From positions 12,772,001 through 12,836,000 of the forward strand of contig OZ234494.1 in assembly GCA_965153455.1 (NCBI GenBank): a DNA stretch of 64,000 bases, in the 5' to 3' direction. Each line of letters opens with the position of its first letter. Position 1 is the first letter of the stretch. Of this stretch, positions 39,164 through 55,748 are shown in pieces. Below the pieces are notes generated by a model. It ran no database searches. It worked only from the letters and a program-made list of their open reading frames with translations, and was not told the DNA's origin. A program made the position numbers and the translations under genes. Origin of the DNA: Sphagnum compactum (taxonomy: Eukaryota).

Positions 39164-42100
39164 TCAAGGAGTAATGAGAAAGTCACCTTTTAGTTGCATC
39201 CAAGAGTCATCGACTCGAAACTCTGTGATTCTGACTTCTGGTCCCACTTTGAAAGTCTTCTGAATAGATGTACCACTTACAGAATCAACTGAAAGTATCT
39301 CCCCACCCTTCTCCACATCAATACGCAAAGTAATTGGGAACTCAGCTTGTCCATATCCAGTGGAGAGATGGTCTGAAGATGAGAATCGTAAGTTCCCATC
39401 CTCAAATTGAACATTCAATGTTGAAGGTTTCCTCGGAAACATCTTTTTGAGAGACCTAGAAAAAAGGGGGCTGGCAAGACTGCCATTTCCAAGAACAGAG
39501 TCATTCTACATGAGTACACAGCAAAAGATTTAAGTAACCAACAAATAAATAGTTACAAAAACATCTGCTCACTTTAGTCAGTTTTAATTATCCAACTTTC
39601 AGAATGCAGGGACTTGAGTTGAAGGACCTGGCATTAAGATGATCTTCTTGCACTCGGATTTGAGCATTGACTAGAAAAGGCTTCTGCAACAGCCTATCAC
39701 ACACAACATTCATCACAAAAATAATCGACTTCCAGTGCTTGCAAAAAGAATTGTGGGACATGGAACAGACAGGCCAGGAAAGATCCTCACATTTGACACT
39801 AACAACAACAGAGATAGATCACAGCAGACAAGTTGAGTTGAATCATTACTGAAATCAAACCTTTTTCTTCCAGGTTTAACAACAACTCTTGAAGCTGTCA
39901 GATCCACCTCTGTCAAGAATACTCCCTGTACAAGAAAAAGCACATGTAAAAACCCAATTACCTCAGAGCATGAAATTGATGGGTTAACAAACTCAGCCAT
40001 ATGCATGATAGGTGAACAAACTCACCAACTCCCCAGCCAAACCCATAGAGAGAAGAATGCATATATATATATGAAATTGCAGAGGATTCTCGACAACAAA
40101 AATTTGAGGTAATATGACAATGACTGCAGTCATAAACTCCATCATGAATGGCAGTGACAAGCTGCCATGACTACCCACTGACTTCATCAGCTCCTGACAG
40201 TGGGTGTGCATAAGTATACAATAATCAGCCCAGACCTTTGGGCACACCATTCTAGAAAATCTGCATCCTGATTTTCTGTTGCATTTCTGGAAGCAACAGG
40301 ATGACTCAGTCCTGATGTCAGCTACCACTCAAGAGAGAAGAAAGCAGGGAAACAGAAATTGAAGCATACCTTGTAGATTGCATTTGTGGCAGAAACCTGA
40401 ACATCCCTAACTTTGCCTGACAAAAGCTCCCAATTGCTACCTTGAACAATCACATCAAGATCTCCACATTCGTCAAGCTGCACACAACAGACAGGCTAAG
40501 TGCATGCAAGCCTGGTTCCTCTGATCATGTCAACATTTTCAGTATTGGAGCAACATGTAAACGAGGCTCCAACAGCATGGGCTTGAGGGTCTCCTTTCAT
40601 GCTCCAACCTCTGGTTGAGGATATTGGACAGGTCTAGGATAAGAAGGGGAGTTCAGACTATGGTATTCCTCATCTCAATCATTGGCCAAGGTGCAAGGCA
40701 ACAATAGGAGTTACCTTGCTCTGGACACTCATGTAAGTCAGAGAGTTCAGATAGTTGGCACCACCAGTGGAGCATGTGGTTACGTTCAATACAATGCGGA
40801 AAACCTCCAACTCACAAGTGAATCTAGTGCAGATCATTAAACTAAGAAGTTCTAGATTTACAGATTTATGGAAATGTCACTAAGAGCACCTCTTGAGAAT
40901 TCCTGGCAATTCAGCAAGATAAAAATTCAAAGACTTGAAAGTTTAATGACATACAACAGGAATTGCATGGAAGAATCACAGTGATGAATATCCTTTTCAA
41001 AATGTGGACATCAATGGGTAGCTGAAAAGGAAGAGTGGATCAAATACACAACCTGAGACTTGAGATAGGTACCAAGGACCTTCTCTAGCAAACCACCCAC
41101 AAAGCTTGTAGAATTCTGACCAGTTGAACTTCCCCTTTGACCTGTGCTGCTCTTCCTCTTCAACTCTGCTTCTTTGTTCCGGTGGCAGCAAATTCGGAAG
41201 CACCTCTGGTTTCCAATCACATACAAAGTATTGTCGCCAATTCTACAATGTGGGCCACCATACTTACTCCCGACATAAATCACCCCATAAGCTCCTCCTG
41301 GCAACAAAATCCAACATAAAAAACCCTAGGATTTTCCCCTCCTGGACAAGCTCATATGTATGAGATTGCAGAGAAAAATAATTCAACAAGACACTTTGAA
41401 GGTAAAAAGCTTTGTGTCAGATCCAACGAAATCAAAACCAACCCATGTCAAGAATGAGTGCAGTCATAACCTTGTGAGTATCACTCCACTCACAAAGTAT
41501 CATCAGAACTTCATCATGAAATGCAGTGAGCGTTTATACCATCCACAACTCCCATTGACTAAACCCTAAACCCCAAAACCCGACATAAATCTCCCCATAA
41601 GCTCCTCCTGGCAACAAAACCCAATATCAAAAACCTTTCCCCCTCCCAGACAAGCTCACATGTATGAGATTGCAGAGGAAAAAAAAATTCAACAAGAACA
41701 GTTTGAAGGCTTTGTGTCAGATGCTGCAAACCAAAACCAACCCACATCAAGAATTGAGTGCGGTCATAACCTTGTGAGTGCCACTCAAAGGATCATCAGA
41801 CCATCACCTTCATCATGAAATGCAGCGAGAGTTGCTGCCACCCACAATTCCTCATTGATGACTTCATCAGCCCACAAAGGGTTTGTGTCCTGAGTTTCTT
41901 TTCATTTCTGGAAGCATTGGGAAGGAAGGAAGGAAGACTCAGTGGTGATCTTCTTGGCTAGCAGCTCACAACATCCTTTCTGCAGTTACAAACTTCCCGG
42001 ATTCTTTTTTGTCGTTTGACATTGCGGCATTCAGCAAGAGAATACGAAGACGCCCCAACAATTCCACAGATACAGGAAAACAGGAACACAGGTCGAAGAA

Positions 42101-42295
42101 GCGAGAGTTGTATTGCTGACCTGAGGAAGAAATGGTTTTCGACGGACGAGGAGGAGACGAAGAATGCGGAGTGTAGCGTCGTTGCTGCTGTGGGGTTGAT
42201 CTCCTCCTTACGGCGCCACCCATCATAGACGATGGCACGGAAGTCATGGTAATAGAAACCCGGGTGATGGGTGGTCCTAGAAAGGCAGCAGCCAT
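39164..42295 (-). CDS. DUF2993/LmeA-like domain protein with a predicted plastid transit peptide. Exons 42295-(42121 or ~41990, uncertain), 41205-41053, 40477-40370, 39925-39861, 39693-39628, 39479-39164
   Basis: The spliced frame LEKVLGTYLKSQ|LDECGDLDVIVQGSNWELLSGKVRDVQVSATNAIYK|GVFLTEVDLTA...LLQKPFLVNAQIRVQEDHLNASLASPLF resembles the DUF2993 pattern as I recall it. The N-terminus is Ser/Thr/Arg-rich. The exon 1 donor is unresolved. Confidence 0.75.
40080..40330 (-). repeat. Representative copy of a ~250-nt intronic dispersed repeat. Other copies at ~13800-13950, 16740-16985, 20700-20930, 32440-32690, 34010-34250, 41455-41560, 41755-41950, and 45900-46090 (reverse complement)
   Basis: Shared blocks across copies on the plus strand: GTGCAGTCATAACCTT, CACTCACAAAGTGTCAGACCATCA, CTACCCACTGACTTCATCAGCTCC and TTTCTGTTGCATTTCTGGAAG. 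Confidence 0.85.
41270..41860. repeat. ~310-bp tandem duplication in intron 1 of the DUF2993-like gene
   Basis: CGACATAAAT..CCCCATAAGCTCCTCCTGGCAACAAAA at 41272 and 41581, with collinear downstream sequence. Confidence 0.85.
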
Positions 42296-42495
42296 TGCAA
42301 GTTTCTCCCACAATGCATGTACTGTTTGAAGAAAGAACGAAGCGAGTGCGCCATAAGAGTCCTGAGAAGCTGAAGAAGCACAGAGAGAGAGAGACAGAGA
42401 CAGAGACAGACAGACAGACAAGCAAGCGTGCTGGCAGGCAAGTGTCAGCGAGCGAGAGAGAGAGAGGAGTCGAAACTTGACTGGCCACGGACAAG

Positions 42496-46338
<3,843 letters not shown>

Positions 46339-48617
46339 ACAAAATGTGCAGCTGTGGTCATTTGGCATGCTGGATGAAAAATTGTGTTTCTACCTACAAA
46401 CATTCTCTGTGGAAATTTCAAACAAGTGAATGGTTCCTGACTCATGTGGTATGTCACATGTGATCTGTGTATGGCAACTATAGCATCCAATTCCAACACA
46501 CCTGTGTTACAACCATCCTCCAAATGATTGGCGAAATCATTGCTGCACGGTTAGTTCAAACCATTTCATTTCATTGCTAAAGCAATTTAGCAGCACTTCA
46601 TCTCCTGCTTTGTGAAAATAATGTATGGAAGGTTCTATTTAAAAACAAGAATACCTGCTTGTATGGGAAGAAACAAAAGCCTCATTGAAGAACAAGAGCT
46701 TGAATACCAACACAAGATGGGCTACATCTTTCAAGAATAGCTACCAGAATTTTTTTGGCATAGGTACATCTTTTTTTCATACTCGTTTTTCAGTTGCCAA
46801 ATGAACTGTTTCATTATTACACAGGTAACAACTTATGTGCAATGTAGAGAGATCTGCAACATAACCCTCTACTTGTAAATACCCATCTTTGCAATTGATT
46901 GTTCTGTGTGCCCTATATCTTAGGGTTTTAGGCTAAGACACAGTTTTGCGAAACAAAAAACGGTTTAACAAACTTGAAAAAGGAAGAGTGGCAAGTCACA
47001 ACACATCTTGGAGATGCAAAATTATTTCCTCCCAACTCTTGATAAGTAAACTGGAAAAGTAGGTAACAAGATCCAAACAAGCTCAATTTTCTTGAACAGA
47101 ATTATTCCAAGGTAAGCAGCCAGGTAGTGAAATTGAAAGATGGCTGGGAGCATTGAACAGATTTTGAGGTTTTCCAGCTTGGTGATTAAGACAAGAAACT
47201 CTTCTCATGAAACTAAATACTATCAGTTCCCTAGCTTAGATTTTAAAAGATCTGGCTCCAAATCTACAGGTCCTTGCATTTGTCATTTGATCTTCACTGG
47301 TTGATACTAATATTTGTTAAAATTGTAAATCTCCTCCCAAGCATTGGGTACTAATACAAATACAGAAAAACAACAGCTACTTTGCTTGCTTATTTCTCAG
47401 TAGAAGAAACTTTAGCAAATTAAATTTCAAACTGCCAAACCTTCTGAAATAAATAAACATTCAATAAAGAAGTTTAGGTACAGTAGGCTGTCAAAAGGCA
47501 CAAGATACAGTGCCCTCCAAAGAGTCAGAGTAAAAAGAAACAACTGTTTTTCAATTGCACCACATGGTGACATTTAATGGTGTCTCACTTTATACAGTCC
47601 ACTTTTTTGGATGGGGAAACAAGTAACACTGTTAGGTTTATACAAATAGAGGCCCACAATAGAGGGCCAGGTTTGAGATGCTCTCAGCATTTCATTCCAG
47701 TAGACTCTATTCAAAACAAACTTGCTAGCTTTATGCTTAGAAAACAGACAAGTGAGTTCTAAGAAGTTTCCAAAGTGTAAGATTGTTGCAGAGCCAATGT
47801 CAATTCTACTGATCATGGCATGACATCAGCTTCACTTCTCATAATGTAGGAAATATATGCCTGTGCAGAGATCGAAAGACATCGCTGGAAGGAATGAGAA
47901 CATGTAGGCAAGAGGAGGACAAGTGGTTTCAAGTGGATTCTAGATGACATATCCATATGCAAAAGTATACAATGAAACACAGGTCAGCCATCTAAATGTT
48001 GTCAATTAGCCCTTCAAAATTGTTACAAGTTGACCACCATAATAGAGCATCAATCTTGCACAGAAAGTGCCCTGATTTCATCAGATTTTTTCAATGTACT
48101 ATAAGCTAGCCAAGGAGAATGATGAACAAAAGTCTTGATCAAATGTAGTCATGCACCAAAACCATAAGGGGCCTTCCAACTTTCTCTCTTTCTTTGCCAC
48201 ATGTTCCAACTGCAAGGAATGGATTCACTGGAAAAGAGGATTACCTTAAAACTGATCTTGGTTCTCAACTCAATGTTGCCATCTCCCATCTCACTTTCTG
48301 TGAGGGCCCACCAAGTAGATTGTCAGGTGAAATGAGACCCCAGAAACAAAATTCCCATAATAATACATTGCATGAAAGGTCTGCAGAAAATCTTGCCGCT
48401 TGGGGCACTCAACACTCATCCTTTATCCAATTTAACATAGAATAGCGTCTTTTTTATTGCTTCTAAGCATGCAAGTGCACATTGAATTCAGTCACAGTGT
48501 ACACCGAAGAACTTTCATATGGCATTCATAACTGACTCAGCAAACAGATAGGAGTACAAAGAAGCCTACCCTCAAAATAATTAGTAACAAGGAAAATGTG
48601 TCAAATTTTCACCAAGG

Positions 48618-51600
48618 TTACGTTGCCACAGCTAACATGTTCTCCAAACGAGTATTGAGGGAGACCTCACAGACTGGATAGAGCCCAAATACATACACCA
48701 CTGCTTTTTCAGCTGGAAAATGTGACTGCATCCACAACCAAAATAGCATCGTGAAATGTAAGAAGGGAGGAAAGGCTTATGTAGCAGCTTACAACTTGGG
48801 GTCATCCCTACTGTGAATCTTCTATTGACATCAGACCTCCTGCTCTGAAATCAAGTAGGTTCCCTGCAACTAGCCAGACACAAGCCATATCTTTCTGAAT
48901 TATGTTAAGACCAGTTGCTACTTTTGATGAGATATTGCATTCAAAAGACTGCTCTGTTGCTCACATGCACAAAATACACAACTTTCAGGCATGGAGTCGT
49001 CCAAAAAAGAAAAGGGACTCCAAAGAGCAGGCAATTACTTCCCTGGTCTTGAAATTCTGAAAGCTCTGAGCTCTCATTCCAGTGAAGATCTCAGACTTCC
49101 CTGTATATTCTAGAATATCATGTTAGGTGAAGTTGATGGTTGTTTTGCCTCAAGATTTGGATCACTCTCAGATGTGCTTAGTACTTGCAGTGTAAGTCAC
49201 CCTTTAAGATATGGAGTTCACAGTTGGCGACACCCTCAGTGAGTTCTGGAGAGAGCTATTCACAAAGACTGCCCTTCAATCCCTGCATCTGGCTGTGCAT
49301 AAGACCTGCCACATACATGCTACAAGATCACAGCTAAAATATGTACAATGAATAGTTTATAAAGAGTTACCTCTAAATTATTGCGAATGGGCCTGTAGGA
49401 CCCAAATGTATGTGTGTCAAAAGGAATAGAGCATTCAAGGAAAAAGAACCATTCCCTGGCAGCCCGCTCCACCTGTTGCAGCAGCAATGCTTCAAAGATC
49501 ATCCCCAAGTCCCGTATATTATAATGCTTTGCTTACACATGCTAATAAATTGCTGCTCCATTTTACTTCAAGAATTAGCCTCACACATTGAGACTCACCT
49601 GCCAGCGGCAATACTGGTTATTGCATAATGTGAGGAAAACACGGATCCCCTCCCTTTTTCTTGTGAAAAGAGTTACTGCAGCTGAGGCAAAAAAGTCAAG
49701 CATAAGCTGTCTGTGAACTTCAAGATCTTCATCAATGCCCAAGAATGGAAAGTTCCACATGATGGAGCCCACACAGTCCCATGGCACAGCACACTGTACA
49801 TTTTTCTTGCTCCCACCATCCAGGTCACCAGCTGAGCCTTGACCCAACAAATCTGTTGCATCAATGCCCCATTTCACATGGACTCCAACATCCAAAAGTT
49901 GATGGAGCCGTCTTTGCAGAGAGGGCATCTTTAATAGGGCATTCTCCTTTTTGTCTAGTGATGTTGCAATGATTCTGGTTGGTTCAACATGGTCTGCCAG
50001 GCTCTGAGCAAATGAGAAATCCCCCTCTCCTAGCAATAGAATCTGAAACCTCTCCTTATACAGAAAGCCATTGCAGTAGGCTGTATTCGAAGGAATAAGG
50101 TCGATCAAAGCTTGTGTTGATGGAATGACTTCCTCAAACTCGACAGCACAGTTATCTGATAGGAAATCAGCTCCCTGTATCACCTCATGCAAATATGCGC
50201 AGCTGTTGCCATAACGACAACCCTGCAACCAAGCACTGAACATGCCTGAGCAGAAGGGGTGATAAAACAATTCTGAACTAGAACCTGCAGAAATTGTTAG
50301 CTTGAACTTAACATTTCGACAGACTTTCACCATCACAGAAGAACAACACAAACTGACTTACAGTGGGAGACATGAAGTAGCGGCAATGTTCGCGCCTGGC
50401 TGAAGATGAGTGGGAGAAGGGACAGCTGGTACCTCGGGTGCAAGTTCCAAGAATATAGAACTTACACTGAGGTCTTTTGCTCAGAGTTAAATCTTCTTGC
50501 TCCAGCAATTTAGTGGGCTGCACATCCCTCCATGAGACCTGAGATTACCAGTGGATGAATCTATCAAACGAGTGAATGTGGAATCCATCATACCAGTGAA
50601 CGTGCAATCCATCATACCCCTCACAGCTGAAAGAAATATTTTGTATATGTTGGCACTAAGGGTAGAGATAGAAGATGGAACTCACTTTCTTTGCAAGTGT
50701 CATCAATTTCTTTTCATCCTCAGTTCTGCGAAATACCCCTGAATGTACAAAAGGCAGTCCTCCACAAGTCTGGCGTTCCTCATCCTTGGTAAAGTTGCTC
50801 CCATCCACTGAGAGATAACTAACTCTAGGTCCTTGAAGTTTGGATTGCACCATGCAGCTATGGCTATTACCCTCAGTCACATAGTATGCTGGCGGACCAG
50901 AGACTAGATCCATAAACTCTGGTCTGAACTGATGCATAATTTCCATCATTACATCCGCTGCAAACATGTTTGGCCACACATAATTGAAACATGATGAGAT
51001 AGTGTAACATAAAAGTGACATAGTGGAGTTAAGCTTTCCAGGCCCATGAACACATATGTTTATGATAGATGTTTCTGGACCATAGAAGAACTACTCAAGA
51101 ATTACATCAGCATACTAAGCAACCAACCCAGTTACAATGCAAAAGACACAGAATGTGCCCATGAACCTCTAGCAATAGCTCCCAATTATTCCCCCAAAAT
51201 GGACTTGCCTGTCTCAGCAACAGCATGAAGTGCTGACAGTGAGAGACTATGATGAAGACACCAATTTCTCTCTACTTCATCCACTCCCAATGCTCCCCAT
51301 TCAATCTTGGAAGACGCCTGATTTTTGTTTCTTGATTTTTGTACAAGGTTTTCCAAGTTGTCCAATCGATGTTTGTCCTGCATATGAGGACTTCAATTAT
51401 ATTAACTCACAATGCTAGCAACAGAAGGGCCCTGTTCTTCAGACCTGGTTCTTCTACCAGATTATTCTGGCTTGTAGCAAATTAACTGGGCACGTGAACT
51501 TTGATTGATCACAGAGAGCTCTAGATCACCCTCTATTTCTCATTGACAATTCTTCTCCATGGAGAGGTTTTCCTCACTTTACATCTCATCTTGGGCTATT

Positions 51601-54600
51601 TCTGGCCTGACAGGGACCTGTCCAACAGATAATGTTAAACAGGTTCATATACACATTCAGCAAGGCAGGCCCACCTTGAATGTCCGCTGCCAGAACTCAA
51701 ATGCATGTAGGTTGGCAAGAAGCACTGAAGTGTGCATAGGAGAACCTCCTGTACCCATTTCACCTTCCTCTTGATAGTAGCAGTGTAGGTTCAATCGATA
51801 CTGCAGAAAAGCATGTCATAACAGAGCATGTGAGAATAGGTCAGCAACACAACTAAGAAGAGGTCCAGAGAAAGGATCAAACCTTGAAATATGTGGACAT
51901 CCACACAAGTTGAACCTGGGATCATACCTGAAGCTGCTGGCTAAAAGGCTGAAGAATGGGAAATGGAGTGGTGTCCATTATTGCACCCAGTACAACACTC
52001 TCTCTTAAGTACCCAGAGTTAGCTCCATGGATGACAAAGATGGCTGATTCCAAGGACACAGGCAAGCTCACTAGCAGCCGCCCATACATTGTTGGTTGGT
52101 AGGCATCTCTGGCTTTCTGATCAGATAACACAACCACTGCCTGTAGTTTCTCCAATACCTCCAGAGCATTAATCACAGTAGTGAGGGCTGGAGGATTCAT
52201 GCACTTCTGGAAAAGTGCTGCAATTTTTGATACAAAACAGGGAAAAATAGCTGAGTTGTCAGAAGGAAACTGACTGTACATCAAGGTAGAGGGATCAAAC
52301 AAACAAGAAATAAGAGTAGGGAAAAGCTCATGGAAAAAACAAAGAAGTTGGGAAATTAAACAACTGCATCATTCAGCAAGTAATGTCTGTGTGAATGTTT
52401 TTCTAGTTCCCTCATCTTGACTGAAAATCCTCATTTTACCTGAAAGAAGAAATCTCCCTGCACTAAGCAAATTGAGATTGGTAGTTTTAACAGCTTACAA
52501 ATGGGATCATTCATGGCTTTTGATTCAGCACTTGCAATAATGAGGACCTGCTTCCTTAAAGAAAGAAGTTGCATTTGTGGGGTCTCAAACTTCTCAAATG
52601 TATGAAATACATCCCTCGTGACCAAACGGTAAACAGTCCCATCACATGTTCGTCCTGTTCTTCCCTTTCGTTGTTCTGCCTTCGCATCCACACAAAATGT
52701 TTTCAGAAAAGCCACTCTCCATACTAAAACAACCTAAGCACCTACTATAATCAAGAAATAGGAACATTTGCTACATCAAGAATGGTGAGATGATTGGACA
52801 AAAGGTGCATCTTTGAAAGAGATTTCAATGTAACTTCAAACAACCAAAAAAATGACCTGAGATTGTGATATCCACATGAGACGAGAACAATGTAGCTGTT
52901 TGACAGTGTCCCAATATATTTCAACAGAGCGGCAAGAATCAATAACAAAGGAAACTCCTGGAATTGTCACAGATGATTCGGCAACATTTGTTGCCAGAAT
53001 GACCTGCCATGAAGAGCAAGCCAGGGTTAGATAGAAATGTGTACAAGCCAAAACTTTATCACCCTGCACAGGTGAGACTTCACACCAAGCACTTGAATAA
53101 GCTCCATCATTCCACACATAGGTGAGACCTTCATAACTTAGACCATCTCTGACCAAAATGACTTGTAAACAAGGACCTAGCATGTGATCCAGATTGGTTG
53201 CTACATTCCAAACCACACCCTTGATTGCAGAAATGAGAAGCAGCCACACAAGATGAATAATTATATTTCAAGCAGGGAGTTATATTTAAGGTTTCTCAAT
53301 ATTTCACACCAAAATAGATGCTAGGATTGAAACAAAGATCAGAATTGCAGTGAAACAAAAATCTAAATGACAAACCTTGCGGTTAAAGTTACAAGCAACC
53401 TCCATAGCTTTCAAGGAGTGTTCCATATCAATGCTGCTGTGGAGAGCATACAGACGAAAAGACAATCCTGTTGCTGTCAGAAGGGACCATTGCTGCTCCA
53501 AGGCTCGGTAAGTCGGTAGAAAAACAAGGACACTCTTTGAGATATCAGTCTCATTCTCATGGAGGTGGACAATAAGGTCCCGAATCATTGAGAATGTTGC
53601 AAGCCCTATATCTGTATTACATTCTGCTGGAGTTGGGTCAATTTGCATTTTAGTGAGCACAGCAACATGTTCTGCCCGGTTGCCTAGCTGGTCAACCACC
53701 TGCAGAAAGTCAGTTAAGTCAGTCACTTTTGAGCATTTAGGGTCAAAGTTATTTCAACATTGCAAGGTGTAGAGTTTTGGTGAACTCCCCTCTGTCAGTA
53801 TGTGCACTCCAGAGGTGCTCCTGTACTCTATAAAGGGACATGCAACATCTTTCTTATGGGAAATCTGTAACTTCATCTGAACATAAATTTTTGAGACAGT
53901 GAACTCAAACAACTGATAGCTAGAATAGGTGGCCTTACTCAGGTGTAAGTGAGGAACTCACATTTTCCAAGTACTTGAGTTTTGTCCGCAGCAAACAACT
54001 CTGGAGAGAACTTGCTATATTTGGGATGGCAATCATCTCAAGCCTGTCCTCTTTGCCAAGCTCACTAAAATACTCCTTATATCTCTGGAAATCTGCTGTT
54101 GCAGACATTAGAACCAACCTGAAAAAAGGACAAATACTTAGCTCTTTTAATCAGGACTTTTACCTGGAAAGTTAAAACTATCAAAAAACTCTGGAGACAG
54201 TATGCAAGCTGAGGATGAAAAAGCAAGTTCTACTGAAACTGCATGTTAATAATATTCTCTACAATGTTCCCTTTTCTGTGTCTTGCATGGTGAGGGAAGT
54301 GCAGTACCGGATATTGGAATTCCGAAGCATCAGCTGCTTCGCACAAGTCAAGACCAAGTCTGATTCAACAGAGCGCTCGTGCACTTCATCCAAAACAACA
54401 ACTTTATATCGAGCCAGAGCTGCCACGCCATTAGTCCTGAGCTCCTCTAAAAGAATTCCTGCTGTTTCAAATACAATCTTGGACCTGCAACAGGTATTTA
54501 TGTATGCGACCATCTTCTAGCATTAGCTACAATTTCCAGCAAATGTAGCTTCTCTCCACATCAGATAAACATGGTGTGTTGCATATGTCTGATGTTTGCC

Positions 54601-55656
54601 CAGTAGGACTGACTTGGTTTCTAAGTCATGTCCTTGTCAAGTGATTAGGTTGTTTGCATGGATAAGAATTTCAATGTCTGCAGGACTTTGCAACCAAGAA
54701 ACCATAGATTTGTCTGGTGCAGGAGGATTAGCACAGTACTTGGAGGATGAGATATTTAGCTGCCCAATGTGATAGCCGACCTCCTGCCCAAGAACACAGC
54801 CCCGTTCCTTGGCAACACGCTTTGCTACTGCCACAACAGCGAGCCTTCGAGGCTGTGTGCATAACACTGGCGCCAGGCCTTCCTCCAAGAGCATCTGAGG
54901 AACCTGAGAGCTCTTACCTACAAAACAACAATCACCAATGAATAATTCAGCAAATTGTAGAAACAAAAGTTTAGATCATACCGGAACTTCAGAAAGTCCA
55001 GAGAGATTACACTACAGTTTGCAACTTCTTCCAAGTCGATCGGTTTTCAGCGGCGTGATTCGGTCAAGATGGATTCTAGACAAGAGATGGCATACGACCT
55101 TCCAATTGCTCACTTCTCCACAACGCTGAAAGCGATAATGTCATTCTAAGACATCATCGACGGCGTTCTGAGCATCACATACCTATGCCGTAGCAGCAGG
55201 CGTCCACACTGAGCTTACAAGAACGTCTTCCAAAACCTCCTCATTAAACCCCACAGAATACCGACAAATCCAAGGAAGGAAAATCTTGGCTCAACATGTT
55301 GGCGTACAAAGCCAGAATCTCACGAAAACGGAACAATCTCTCTTGAACAATGACAAATCCCGCCAAGAAAATCCAAATTAGAAACACAAGAAGATATTGA
55401 CGAGTTTCGAGCTCCTTTTCCCATCTCACTGACTCACAAAACAAACCACAGCGAGGTAGAAAATGAAACCAGAAGAGAGAAAGAGAGAGAGAAATAGACA
55501 AGAAAAGAAAAGAGAAAGTGCCGACGGAAGTATACCAGATCCGGTGAAGCCACAGATGAGAGTAACACGATTCAATTTGATTTTGTCGATGATGCGCTCC
55601 TTCAACCGCCGCACAGGCAGCGTGCGATCTCCGATGCGCATCCTCTCCGCTGGCAT
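48618..55656 (-). CDS. DExH8: DEAH/RHA-type RNA helicase (DExH8-like) with 2 CCCH zinc fingers and a C-terminal DUF2431/Bmt5-like methyltransferase domain. Exons 55656-55536, 54917-54740, 54484-54308, 54118-53962, 53699-53376, 53003-52857, 52679-52499, 52217-51928, 51800-51675, 51377-51209, 50957-50686, 50517-50362, 50222-49599, 49472-49371, 48725-48618
   Basis: Helicase motifs: I GFTGSGKSS, Ia TQPRR, II DEVH, III SAT, IV FLP, V TNVAESSVTIP, VI QRKGRTGR. CCCH fingers CKFYILGTCTRGTSCPFSH and CRYFMSPTGCRYGNSCAYLH. Then ILLLGEGDFSF...ATSLD...GIDAT...WNFP. The splice model is phase-consistent with one GC-AG intron. Confidence 0.92.
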
Positions 55657-55718
55657 TATTCTTGCACTCCTTGGGACTCACTCGGTTGGCGCCAAGAGAG
55701 AGGAGACGAAGGACGAGA

Positions 55719-55748
55719 CTCTCTCTCTCTCTCTCTCTCGCGCGCGCG
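55719..55748. repeat. (CT)n followed by (CG)n microsatellite in the helicase 5' leader
   Basis: Direct reading: a CT run followed by CGCGCGCGCG. Confidence 0.85.
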
